The notes beneath the pieces are model-generated. The model saw nothing but the letters and a program-made list of their open reading frames with translations. It was not told the DNA's origin and made no database searches. DNA of 64,000 nucleotides from Octopus vulgaris (Eukaryota): the NCBI GenBank assembly GCA_951406725.2, contig OX597814.1:101990001-102054000 (forward strand), written 5' to 3'. Below are positions 14,158 through 26,756 of this stretch, piece by piece (position 1 is the first letter of the stretch; each line of letters opens with the position of its first letter). The translations under genes and the position numbers were made by a program.

Positions 14158-14985
14158 AATTTTTTAAAAATCCTATTTGCACCATCAACTCCGTTGGTCG
14201 AATACGCCTGCCAACAACAAAATTTCCTGTTACATCTAAGCGAATCATTGTAAATTCTGCAACTCTATATATGTAAGCCACGCCGATTATGCTGTTAGGA
14301 AGCAACTGAAATTTTATTTTACGACGTACATATCATATTGGCGAGACAAATCGTAAACCTATGCATGGAGATCAGAAATGGTTTACTCAAATTTAACATA
14401 TTTCATTAACGTTCGATCGAAACTTGCAATATATCGACCCCAGGACTTATTTGTTCCAGGTTAATGGAAAACGGCCGTTAGTCAGACATAAATGATTCAC
14501 ATAAGCTGAAGGCAAAAATGTGATTTATTATTACTCCGCACTAGCCGAGTAAATAATAACCATCTATCTTTAATTGTGTTATCATTAGGTTTGGAAGCTT
14601 GTTTTCATTTATTTCGGTAAATATTAGAATACAAAATGAAACCGAACTATTTATGAAATCGCACAAGAATACCTGATAGCATTCGAATATTTAAAATTAT
14701 TAGACGTATTAAAATTGGATAATCCATTTGAACATTTACTGACGAGCACTTTCCGCAATTTTTGGTCTCATTCACATGGCACACTTTCCTCATAAGGAAA
14801 ATATACTAAATATACATTCGTAATATTATGTCTAATTAACTTTGATTGAATATTTTATCTCACTTATAGCAAGCAGTTACGTAAGTTGCTTTAACTTTCA
14901 GCAAAATTTTTAGTCTTTCACATATTATAACTACCAATCAGGTCGAGATCTCATTATTTTGAATAATTCTTTTGACGTTTAACCT

Positions 14986-15846
14986 GCGACTTTTGAATAT
15001 CGAAAATAATGCAATAGGAATCTCAGGGCAAGTTGCCGAAGAAGGTTTCAGCAAAGCTTTTCTAAATTTAACCAGCCTCGAAGAATTACATCTTTCAAAT
15101 AACCACATTCAATATTTATCAAACAACAGTTTGTTACAGCTGAAAAATCTCAGAATCTTAAATTTACGCAACAATTTATTGGAATCTTTTGATGTAAAGA
15201 TTAGTCATATGTTAAATTTATCATATTTAGATTTATCTAAAAACATTTTACAGGAACTGTCGGAAAACACTTTTAATGCTATTGAAAAGATATCTGAACA
15301 CCATAAATTCACTGTCAACATCCAAAGCAATAATTTGAAATGTGGTTGTGCACAAATAAGATTTCTCACTTGGCTGCACAAAGTACGGAATTCAGGTCGT
15401 TTGAAAATAATGTACTCGAAATGTACTCATCCTAACGGAACAGTGTGGAAGTTGAAAGGAAATCAGCTTGTTAGGATCACACTTGTTCAGCCTTGATAAT
15501 AATTGATAATAATTGCGATAAGTTTTGGTGTTGTAATACTGATTATATTTCTAGTTGCCTCACTCATTTACCATTTTAGATGGAAGCTACGATATTTATA
15601 TTACATCATCAGAGAAAAGTATTCCTACAAACGACTCACTCCCGATGAATATATTTATGATGCATTTGTGATTTATGCCGACGAGAATTGAGATTTTGCA
15701 TTAAATTATTTGATTCCAGAATTGGAAGAAAACGAAAACTTACGTTTGAATATTCATCATCGGGACTTCCCTGTTGGAAAATTGATAACAGAAAATATAT
15801 TATCAGCAATCCAATCTAGTCGAAAATGTATTATTTTATTAAGCAG
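14986..15846 (+). pseudogene. Toll-like receptor paralog A, 5'-deleted pseudogene
   Basis: Near-identical to TLR-C 63368-64000 but lacks the start codon and N-terminal LRRs; stops at 15494-15502 and 15689-15691; TIR half YDAFVIY...RDFPVG...IILLS ends at the same AG|GTAAGT donor; no second exon found by eye. Confidence 0.92.
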
Positions 15847-15899
15847 GTAAGTAACCCTCCTTAAAATTATAGCATCCACATACACACACACACACACGG

Positions 15900-16091
15900 T
15901 TTTAAGAATAGCATGAAAGGCCTGATTGAAGGCCCAATCTTCCGAGTTCTTCACAGGGCTTAGAAAGATTGAAGGATCGCAGCAATAAGTGTGGGAATCT
16001 GAGAGGGGAATATGTTAAATAAAATCATAATTAACTCATCCTCTTGTAATTTCTTTTACCCATAGCCAGGAACTTTTCAGCAGCCTCTCGT
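15900..16091 (+). mobile_element. mariner 3' end with right TIR
   Basis: KCGNLRGEYVK* terminus followed by ggaacttttcagcagcctctcg. Confidence 0.7.
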
Positions 16092-16136
16092 TCAAAGCAA
16101 TTATTAGCATTATTTGTATTATTGGTTACTAACGGA

Positions 16137-16360
16137 TATCTATTTCTTTACTGCCCACAAGGGGCTAAACACAGAGGGGACAAACAAGGACAGACAAAGG
16201 GATTAAGACGATTACATCGACCCCAGTGCGTAACTGGTACTTAATTTATCGACCCCGAAAGGATGAAGGGCAAAGTCGACCTCGGCGGAATTTGAACTCA
16301 GAACGTAACGGCAGACGAAATAAGGCTACGCATTTCGCCCGGCGTGCTAACGTTTCTGCA
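16137..16360 (-). mobile_element. tRNA-derived SINE family 2
   Basis: gattacatcgacccc..cgaaaggatgaa..cggcggaatttgaactcagaac; second copy at ~29585-29746. Confidence 0.85.
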
Positions 16361-16984
16361 CGGATATCGTCACATTTAACACACATGTTGAGTACTAACT
16401 ATAAAATATAGTTATTTTATATTTTGTATTTCTTTCTTTGGCATAATTTGTTTTACATAAAACAAAAGAATTTAATGCATGGTTTAACTAACTCGGTAAT
16501 AATTAGAAGCATTAACATCACTTAACATTTCCGTGGGTCCGTGTTTAAAAAAGGTTTTGGATCAAGAAGGATATGTAGAGGGATTCAAATTTGTAAAAGA
16601 GTAGCAGGTGTGTAAGGGTGAGTGTGAGTTACGAAAATGTCTGCTACGTCAAACTGTACTATCTACCCCATGTTCAATATACTCTACAACATTATCCATT
16701 CTATGCATGTATGTATATATAATATATACATATGTGTGCTTACATGTATGTAAGTATGTATTCAGTTTTATTTCAAGAATTCTTGCCAATAGAGAAAGAA
16801 CCGGTTTCTAATCTAGATCAAAGTCTCCTTCATTGGAATTTCAACAACATCAATAGGGTATTTTTGTTTGTATGTATGTATGTATGTATGTATGTATGTA
16901 TGTATGTATGTATGCATGTATATGTGCAGATTCATATGTTTTGTTTTATGTATGTATGGAAATTTTAACAAATTTTTACAGTTC

Positions 16985-17350
16985 TAGTGATGGCCTGGAT
17001 CCGTAGTCTTCGAATCAGCTTTCTACTTTCTGTGCCTAACTGGGTAGATACTTGTTGAATAATGATGGTGATATTAATATGCTGTGAGATGTTATTGAAA
17101 TAAAACTGAATAATGTTTAGAAGCCTAATTCCACAAGGCTGGTATTTAGGCAATGTGTTATATATCCCAGTGTCCCAAAAATTACACGTGTGAACCTGAA
17201 CTTGTAATCTGGGAAGAGTAACTGTAGGTTTCTCAATAGTTCAGCTTAGGTATTCTCTTTTTCTCTCATCTTTAGCTTTATGTTAACATCCGCTGGGCAG
17301 CAGATTTCGATAACTGTACACAGTTTCTCTTCTCTGTCCCAAATCATTAT
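16985..17350 (-). mobile_element. R4/Dong-type LINE 3' (REL endonuclease) fragment
   Basis: NRQDIMIWDREEKLCTVIEICCPADVNIKLKMREKENT matches PD-(D/E)xK REL; related piece at ~25100-25240. Confidence 0.7.
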
Positions 17351-17385
17351 ATCTTGTCTATTGTGTGTATGTATGTATGTATGTA

Positions 17386-17421
<36 letters not shown>

Positions 17422-17471
17422 TGTATGTATGTATGTATGTATGCATGCATATATGTATGTATGTATGTATG

Positions 17472-17505
<34 letters not shown>

Positions 17506-18865
17506 TGTATGTATGTATGCATGTATGCATGCATGCATGCATGCATGCATGTATGTTAATGTTAAGAAATTCTTTAGGCAATAAACTACGATATCCAACA
17601 ACTAACATTATGTTCACTAATTTAATTATTCTTGGTTTCAGATTAAAAAAAAAAAACTTATACAAGTATTAAACTATTAGGGACATCTAACTTGGGTAGA
17701 ATAGTTTTCTTTGACGCTTCTAGGGGAAAAGGATAATCTAGTTGATCAACATAATTTTGGCAAAAAGTTCGTTCACTCAAGTAGAATACTATTGCATTGG
17801 TGTCATTTGAAATTCCATAGGATATTCACTCTCGTATTATGCTACAATACAACATTGCACACAATCCTGTATCAAATATTGCCAAAATATCTGGACAGCT
17901 AAATATTCTTAAGCTGTAATTATGAGATAAAACTTGCATTTGAGCCTCTCAGTTGCTCATTAAAAGGTCTCCAAAATACCACCAATATCATGGGTGTATT
18001 CAGAAATTTGTTGTCTCGATGTTTCCGGAAAACTCTACCAGTCATCATAAAAGCAATACTTGACTGATAAACTGAAAGCTTGCTTGAAAGAAGGCTAATT
18101 TTGAAGACCAGAGAAGAAACTTCTATCTTTCTACTAACATGAAAATTGCAATTAAAAGACTGTTTCCTCAACAAAATTTATATTTACAAAACTGTTTCTT
18201 GAGCGGCTGTTAATGATAACCTACCAGTTTTCAATGAGATTGGAAGTGTCAAAATACAAAAATATGTCGAAATATTATTATATCTATTGAACTTTTATCC
18301 CAGACTCTTGCAGAAGTGCAGAGGCAATAAGTGACTGTGCGAACGTGACATCCTAGCCATGAAAATAACTTTTCACAGCATATTAATATCACCATTATTC
18401 AACAAGTATCTACCCAGTTCAGCACAATCAGCCAATTATCTGACAGTTTCTCAATTCTTTACAGCACATCTGCGACTCTCTTCACAATCTGCAGCTGAAA
18501 GTAGGAACACCTAACTATGTTACTACGGAACTTAAAGCACCCTAATGGCTCTTTTCTCTGCTTTTCTAAGACGACTAATATTTCTTGTGAACATATAAAG
18601 TAGGGGTCACCAAACTTTACCGACCATCGACCCATTTAACCACTTCTCTTTCCGTATCGACCCACTTCAGCCATTTTTCTTTTCACATCGACCCCCTTTA
18701 GTCATTTTTCCTTCTGCATCAACCTCCTTTAGCTACATCCCCTTCCACATCGCCCACCCTCCTCATTCAAAATATCTTAATACCCTATCCTACCGTACCT
18801 TATCTTAAATGCGTGATGGATACTGATGCTGGCAATTAAAATGTCAGCTAAAATATACATGTAAT

Positions 18866-19015
18866 AGGCGCAGGAGTGGCTATGTGGTAAGTACCCACAT
18901 GGTCATGGGTTCAGTCCCACTGCGTGGCATCTTGGGCAAGTGTCTTCTACTATAGCCTCGGGCCGACCAAAGCCTTCTCAGTGGATTTGCTAGACGGAAA
19001 CTGGAAGCAGCCCGT

Positions 19016-19073
<58 letters not shown>

Positions 19074-19305
19074 GTGTATGTGTGCGTGTGTATCATTGTG
19101 CGTCTGTGTTTGTCCCTCCAACATCGCTTGACAACCGATGCTGGTGTGTTTATGTCCCCCGTAACTTAGCGGTTCGGGAAAAAGGCCCGATAGAATAAGT
19201 ACTAGGCTTACAAAGAATAAGTCCTGGGGTCGATTTGCTCGACTAAGGGCGGTGCTCCAGCATGGCCGCAGTCAAACGACTGAAACAAGTAAAAGAATAA
19301 AAGAA
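18866..19305 (+). mobile_element. tRNA-derived SINE family 1
   Basis: Same consensus. Confidence 0.9.
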
Positions 19306-19802
19306 TGAATTAAGAAATTCTTTTGAAGATGACACTTTTTACATTTAAAACTACGTGTACATGTACACAGTATTAGAAAATGTGAAAAACGCATCATATT
19401 TTACCACGTTTCATGGCGCTGACTAAGTATGTCAAGTAGTTCATCTGGGTGTGCTAGTTTTCGCACGCCGACACCCATTCAACCCTTTGCCTATCAACGA
19501 CACACCATGTAATTCCTCGCCGGTCCCTAGGCCTCTGGCAACCCTTGATATAAAGCAATCGGTTCCCTTGTTTACCTGTCCCTGGTCGATTTATATATTG
19601 ACCACATGCAGTGGCAACAACTTATATATACGTATAAATGATAAATATATGGTGGGTGGAAGTCGATTTATATATATATATTTTTTTATATAGTGTCTAT
19701 TCCATCTCAATCACAGATTTTTTAACTCTTTTTTTTTTAATTAAACAGTTTGAAACTTCGGATACTGGTAGAATTCCTCACATAGAAGACGGTTTACTCT
19801 GA

Positions 19803-20617
19803 ACGTTTTTCACAAAATTTCGTATTTTAGAAGTTATTTCGTGTTAAAGTTATCGTATTTGGGTAATTTTAATCAATCAACGACTTGTATTCGTAAACTG
19901 CTGTTTACGATAGTAATCGAAGAGGAACAACTTCCGGTTCACCTCTACTAAATGTCACCACTCCGTTCGAAGAATCAACATCAAGAAGGAAGAAATGTTA
20001 TTTACATATATTTATTCGTTGCCCAACATCGGTATTTTATTCACACATAAAGCGCGCCGGTGTTTAAAAGCCCTATACAGCAACGAGTCCGCAGCTAGCT
20101 TTTTTGTTGTTGACATACCTGTAGTTTCAAAATGCCTTATTTTACAACTGAGATGTATTGTTATTGTTATGATTTTATCTTACTATAATCAACAACAAAC
20201 ACATTTCGTCAATATAAAAGTCTTTATTTGATAAAAAATAAAATCAATGCATGAAGGTAAAACAAAACAAATAGCGGTTTATACACTGGAAAATACGGTA
20301 ATTGTAGCGGAAGTGACAAGTTCACTCGCTGGTTGCTAGTTGATAGTGTAGAAGGGAGGGAAAGAGTAAGGAATCCACGATGCTGACTAGAACGGAAGAA
20401 TGGATAAAGGAAGCATCATCTTCGCGCGCCATACAAATAGAACAGAGTGGTGGCATTTAGTAGAGATGACCCGGAAGTTGTTCCTCATCGATTATTATCG
20501 CAAACAGCAGTAGCTTTCTTCAACCGAATACACGTCGTTGATTGGTTGAAATTACCCAAATACGACAACTTTAACACGAAATAACTTATAAAATACAAAA
20601 TTTTGTCAAAAGCGTCG
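19803..20617. mobile_element. Non-autonomous DNA transposon/MITE with long inverted repeats
   Basis: ~19803-19968 is an imperfect reverse complement of ~20441-20617 (agttatttcgtgttaaagtt / aactttaacacgaaataact; aacaacttccgg / ccggaagttgtt). Confidence 0.7.
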
Positions 20618-21710
20618 AAACGTTTAAGACTTTTTCAATTCCCGAGCGTTAAACTAATACACCACCTGTCTTCGTCTTTTGTTGTTTTTTCGTGAATTCT
20701 CCCCGTATATTACAAGCTCACGTAGTCGCACCAGTTGATCCCGTCTCCTTTCATTACCCAACGAACTTTTACACATTTTACACTGGACTATTCTACTTGA
20801 ATTCTCTACTTGGACTTTCTACTCTCCTACACTTCAGCTGCACCTTTCCTGTCCCTGGATTACGCTGGACTCCTCTCTTGATGAGAAATTACTCCAATAC
20901 ACCATGACGTTAGAATCTTTTGAGCTTTTCTTAACTTTTTTGTACTCTCTAAACTTTTTTTGTACTTTCTCCTTTTTCCTATTGTCGTTTCTTCCTATTC
21001 TGGTTGTTCTTACACTGTTTTCTCTAATCCGCACCTATTACCTTGCCTCTCTCTCCCTCCCTTTCGTCTTCTTTTCTTCCCTTCTTCCCCCTTTTCTCTC
21101 TGTTTCTTCTTTCTTTGTCCTTTCTTTCCTTGTTTTTATTTTCTTCTCCCACCTCTCATATATATATATATATGTATATATTTTTCTCCTCACACCTTTT
21201 GCTTTTTTGTCCCCATACCTTTTGAATTTTTCATCCCCACGTCTTTATTTACCTTCTCTCTCTTCCTCTTTCCCCCCTTTTTTCTCCTTTCTTACTCTTT
21301 TCTTCTCGTTTTACAATCATGCCCGATTACAAACCTTTCCTCCTCCACATATATATGAGACGTCCTCATGAGATTTAACATGCATATAGTCTACCAATTA
21401 CATTTGGGGTTATATTCAAAAGACTTCGTTTTGGCGCGACAAAATACCGGAAATAATTTTGCAGAAAATAATTCTCTGCAGTGAATTTTGCCGGTTATAG
21501 AACATGATTATTTAAATTTAAATAATAAGAGTGAAAAATTGAATATTAATTTGATTAATATCAATTTAAAACCAGTGGCCTACCATATTGAAAAATCTGA
21601 AGATTTAGAAAAATTATATTACATACATATAAGAGGGATGACCACTAAGTGGACATCCATTATGCTAGAGGTAGACCTTATATGATCTGACCACTAAGAA
21701 AAGATTGTTC

Positions 21711-21991
21711 TCAAAAATATTCAGCAAACGCAAGAATGTAAGCAAGACAAATGAAAAGATACAAAATGTAAAGATTAATCACAAACCCGGTTTCATTGTT
21801 ACCACTTACGTAAATGTCCATAGTTCTGCAAATTACATTTTGCTATGACGATCACACTGATGAACTGCGGACATTTACGTAAGTATTACGTAAGTGGTAA
21901 CAATGAAACTGGGTTTGTGGTTAATCTTTATATTTTGTATCTTTTCATTTGTCTTGCTCGCTTACGCTCTGGCATTTGCTGAATTTTCTTG
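21711..21991. mobile_element. Inverted-repeat element with hammerhead-like motif
   Basis: Arms ~21711-21826 and ~21862-21991; atcaca-CTGATGA...GAAAC-tgg-GTT-tgtggt at 21851-21921. Confidence 0.6.
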
Positions 21992-22053
21992 ACACCCCAT
22001 TCCCATATATGCATGTGTATATACATATATATGTAGGTATGTACATATATATG

Positions 22054-22117
<64 letters not shown>

Positions 22118-22189
22118 TTGCCTACTCCTACACCTTAAAACCACCATGGCATCTGATGTGGGTTTTTAAACTAGAAATGTTCTGAAAAG

Positions 22190-23510
22190 ACACCCGCATA
22201 GATTGCGTATCCGATTTGGACCATCACGAGCTGCATTTACGTTCTGATTTTTGTGGATCTCATAATGTCTTTTGAGACCTCCGTTAGATTTGCAAACCTT
22301 CTGGCATACATTGCATTCAGATGTGTGCACAGGCATTTAGGCAGAAATGTTCGTCGAGGTTCGTTATCCATGGGTTCGCTAATGAGATCTGAGCCCAGCA
22401 AAAGAAAGGCACGGTTGGTCAAAAACTGTGAACACAAAAAGATTATTGTCATTCACCTTCTCGATCTTAACATTCTTCCTTAAATCTCTTTTGAGTCTTG
22501 CATGCGTTATCCTGGCCTCTTCAAACGCTTTCACTCCACTCCACTCTTTTGTTCGCCATCCAGCTCGATTCGAAGCAAAGGTTTCTATGTCCTCTGGATC
22601 CATTACAAGTGACTTTATAATAGTCCTTATGCCGTCCTGAAACCTTTTTTTAAGTTTACACCGATGGCGTTTCCCCTCAGGCAAGCTCATCATAAAACAG
22701 CTGTTTGAGCATGTGTTCAACCGCCATTCGAACAATATGGCCACATCATCTCATTTGGTTTCTCAAAATCATTTCTTTAATTGAAGTGATGCCTGCAGAT
22801 GCAAGGACATCTGTATTAGGAGTAAAAGAACTCCATTTAATGTTTAAAATGCGCTGAAGGCATTTTTGGTTGAATTGTTCTAACAATTTAAAATGTCTTT
22901 CATAACATTCCATGTTTTACAAGAATGCAAGGATGGTAAGACAAATGATTTGTAAAGAGCTGTTATTTATATGTCGCTGGCGCCAAACACATGATTCCAA
23001 GTCACCAAATGCTTTTACTGCCTCTTGAATTCGCATATATATTTCTGTATCAAGATTTCCATAATTTTGTACAGAGCTTCCAAGGTAGATGAACGAATCA
23101 ACAACCTCAAATAACTTACCTCTAACAAAAATCTTAGGGAGCGGGTTACAAACAGCACCACACGCAGGTTGATGCATTACAAATTTTTTTTTCATGTTGA
23201 TGGTCAAGCCAAAATCATCACAGGCCGAGTCAAATGCTGATACAAGAGATTGCAGACTTGTTTCAGAATGACTGACAAGATCGCAATCGTCAGCGTATAA
23301 AAGTTCCCTAATAAATGCAATAAAAACCTTCGTTTTAAATTTCAGTTTGGTCAGATTAAAAACATACCCTGTTCTTCGATATTTTATGTAAATACTCTTC
23401 TCAGAGTTTTGGAAAGCATGTGACAACACAACAGCAAAGTATATTGCAAAGAGGGTGGGTGCATCAAGGTCAGTCACTACCACCAAAATTAACTCTAGCT
23501 TTCATATCTT
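22190..23510 (-). mobile_element. RTE/BovB-type LINE, RT and 3' end, degenerate
   Basis: APTLFAIYF, ELLYADDCDL, FGLTINMKK, FIYLGS, GKRHRCKLKKRFQD, C-terminal GLRSH. Confidence 0.9.
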
Positions 23511-23594
23511 TCAGTTTCCGTCTACAAAATCCACTCACAAGGCTTTGGTCAACCCGAGGCTATAGTTGAAGATACTTGCATAAGGTACCCCATA

Positions 23595-25090
23595 CAATGA
23601 GTCCTACATTATTAGACAAATCAACCTTCTCTCAATAAATGCATATTCGTTCAAAATCAGTTGTTTTCCCACTGAATACGCACATTCTGTTAAAATAAAT
23701 CAGATCAGCGCAGACGAAACAAACGGCGGCTATTATCGTGTAGCAGCAACATTTCTGCTGTCCCAAATTATTAGGTACGTGCCCAGTTTAAGTGTCATTA
23801 TGCTTCAGAAATGTGATCTTACCTCGAATGAGAAATCTACCATCGCGTCAGAGCTTGAGAAGGGAAAAACAAACATAGAAATAATTAAAAATACTGGAAA
23901 GAGATAGATCACTGAACACTGAAGAAATTTATGCAGCCTCCTATTTCTGTCCGGTCAAAGGTAGATAAGGGTAAGTCCACGGTTGCTTCGAATCGTACTT
24001 TGTCACGTGTGAAAAGGGAAGTTGTGCAGAATCCATGTCTGACAAGTAGAGAAGTCTTCAAATGTTGTGGAAGGGAAGACATCAAAAACTATCGGGTGTC
24101 GCCTCTTGAAGCAGGAAGCCAGGAATGTTAAACCTGTTACAGGGCCCCCTCTGAAGGTTGTTCATAAGCAGAAGCGACTGAAATGGACAAAAGAATACAT
24201 GAAGATAGATTTTTCAATAGTTCTGTTCACTGACGAATGCCGTGCTACCCTTGACGGACCAGATGGCTGGAGAAAAATTTGGGTTTCAACCAGCAGGAAC
24301 CGTCCTCATCGTCTGAGACGCCAACAGGGCTGAGTTGGTATCACGTTTTGGGCTGGCATCTTTGGTAGTATGATGGTTGGGCCATGGAAAGTCCCAGATG
24401 GCATTAATATATGTTACCTTCTTAAAGGACAATTTCCAACCGCAGTTCAAAAAGCAAGATATTTCCCTGTCACATGCAGCGAAAAATTCTAAGGAATATC
24501 TGCAGCAAATAGGCTTCTCTTGAGGTCGTTTGATAGAGTGGCCACCGATTGAGAACCTGTGAAGTGTCCTGAAGAGGCGCGTTTACAAAGATGGACGGCA
24601 GTTTTTAAGTAAAGTTGACCTCTGTGATGCTACTGTTGATGCTTCTCAAAGCATGACAAAAATGGCTATCATCACCTTGACAAATTCAATGGATCAGAGC
24701 GCAAGGAAGGCTATTGCATGTGGAGGATCATACATCAAACATTAAGAGCTGTATGGCATCATAATCCCATGATTATTTTCATTCGAACGTATCATTATAT
24801 TTACCATTAAGTCATTTATGAATAGTTTTTTTGTTAAACCTTTACTGTTGAATTAAATAAATGTCTGTTCTGACACAATTGTCATTTTTATTATACTTGC
24901 CTAATAATTTGTGATGCCCAGTCACAAAAATGGCCGCCATTCGTTGGCGTCTGCGCAGATCCAATTTATTTTAATAGAATGTGCGCAGATAGGTGTTGTC
25001 AACAGTTAGTGAGAAAACAACTGATTTTGAACGAATATGCATTTATTTATTGATAGAAGGTTGATTTGCCTAATAATGTGGGACGCAGTG
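23595..25090 (+). mobile_element. Tc1-like DNA transposon, full length, inactivated
   Basis: TA flanks; ~180-bp TIRs (caatgagtcctacattattag / cactgcgtcccacattattag); KRLKWTKEYM..VLFTDECRATLDGPDGW, IENL motif; stops and frameshifts. Confidence 0.9.
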
Positions 25091-25251
25091 TATGTATGCC
25101 TTGGATCTGTAGTCTTCGAATCAGCATTCTCCTTTCAGGTTCAGAGAAAACAAATTTCTCAAGATTGGTATTTAGGCAGTGTGTTACATATTTCAATGCG
25201 CCAATAATTACATGTATAAGACTGAACTTGTAATCTGGATGTATGTATGTA

Positions 25252-25282
<31 letters not shown>

Positions 25283-25876
25283 ATGTATGTATGTATGTAT
25301 GTATGTATGTATGTGTGTATGTATGTATGTATGTATGTACGTATGTATATATGTTTGTATGTATGTATGTATGTATGTATGTACGTATGTATATATGTTT
25401 GTATGTATGTATGTATGTATGTATGTATGTATGTATGTATGTGTGTATGTATGTATGTATGTACGTATGTATATATGTTTGTATGTATGTACGTATGTAT
25501 GTATGTATGTACGTACGTACGTACGTATATCAGAGTCACTGTATCAATCCATCGACCAAACTATTAGATGTTGTAATTCACCGCTAGCCACAATGCGTTT
25601 CCTTACATTCTTGTGTCTTTCGAACGATACCAGCATGCTAGCTAGGCGAGCAGCCCACTGGAGTGTTAACTATCTACAGCTGACTGAAATGCAGCTACGA
25701 GAAATGAAATGTTTTAATTAAGAATAGAGTATATCACCCGTCGGGGAATAGAAACCCTTATGTTACGATCGTGAGTGGAACCCCCTAACCACTAGGCCAC
25801 GCTCCTACTCATGTCTATATGTATATTCATATATATAGACAGACAGATAGATAGACAGATAGATAGATAGACAGAC

Positions 25877-25948
<72 letters not shown>

Positions 25949-26756
25949 GGATGGATGGATGGATGGATGGATGGATGGATGGATGGATGGATGGATGGAT
26001 GGATGGATGGATGGTGTGTGCAAAAGGTAATGAATTAATAGAAGCTGGAAGTATTTTGCAATTGTGTAAGTCAAATACGACAGCCATTATGGTGAAGGAA
26101 AGATGTGTACCGAAATCTTAAGAGAGATCTGGTAAATGTTCGAGCTGATAAAATGAGGTTTAAAACAGCAGAAATTCAGAATATTATAATGACGTAATTT
26201 TACGTAGAAATTCTGACAATTGAATTCTTTGTTCAAAATGAAAGGCTATAACACTTCACTCGCCGTTGATTTCAATCAAATGAGTGTTTTTTAATCATTC
26301 TTATTATTGCTACAATGAAGTAAATAGATAACTCGGTGAAAGGATACCACGCTACGATTAATTTCCCTACGTTTAATTTTTCTATCAAGCGGTATTACTA
26401 GGAAATGAGTTTAAACTGAATACATACAAATTGGTAAAATATAATGAAGTGAATAAACTACACTGAACAACTGTATGTATATATACATACCTTAACTCCT
26501 TAAAACACTTGCGTTCGTTAATTTATAATATTTTATATGACATTAAAAATTATATTTTCAATTACAGCTCGCTTAAGATTAGCAACAAATATTTTCCCGC
26601 TTTTTAGTTTTCCCTTATCATTTGTATGTAAAATATATTTCTTTCCGTCTATCATGCGTATATATAATCAGACTTTCAGCTACCATAGATTTCCACAAAA
26701 ACTTGCGAAGCTAAAACTACTTATATTTCTTTCATTATAGGCATGACGATATCTAC

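Noticed and set aside
17900-18590. Possible very old Penelope GIY-YIG remnant
   Set aside because: Only a faint motif resemblance with many stops; not supportable by eye
18601-18760. CRISPR-like periodicity
   Set aside because: Eukaryotic context, degenerate tandem units, no unique spacers and no cas genes
20692-21371. Hydrophobic F/L/S-rich ORFs resembling membrane proteins
   Set aside because: Pyrimidine-rich low-complexity DNA, open in several frames
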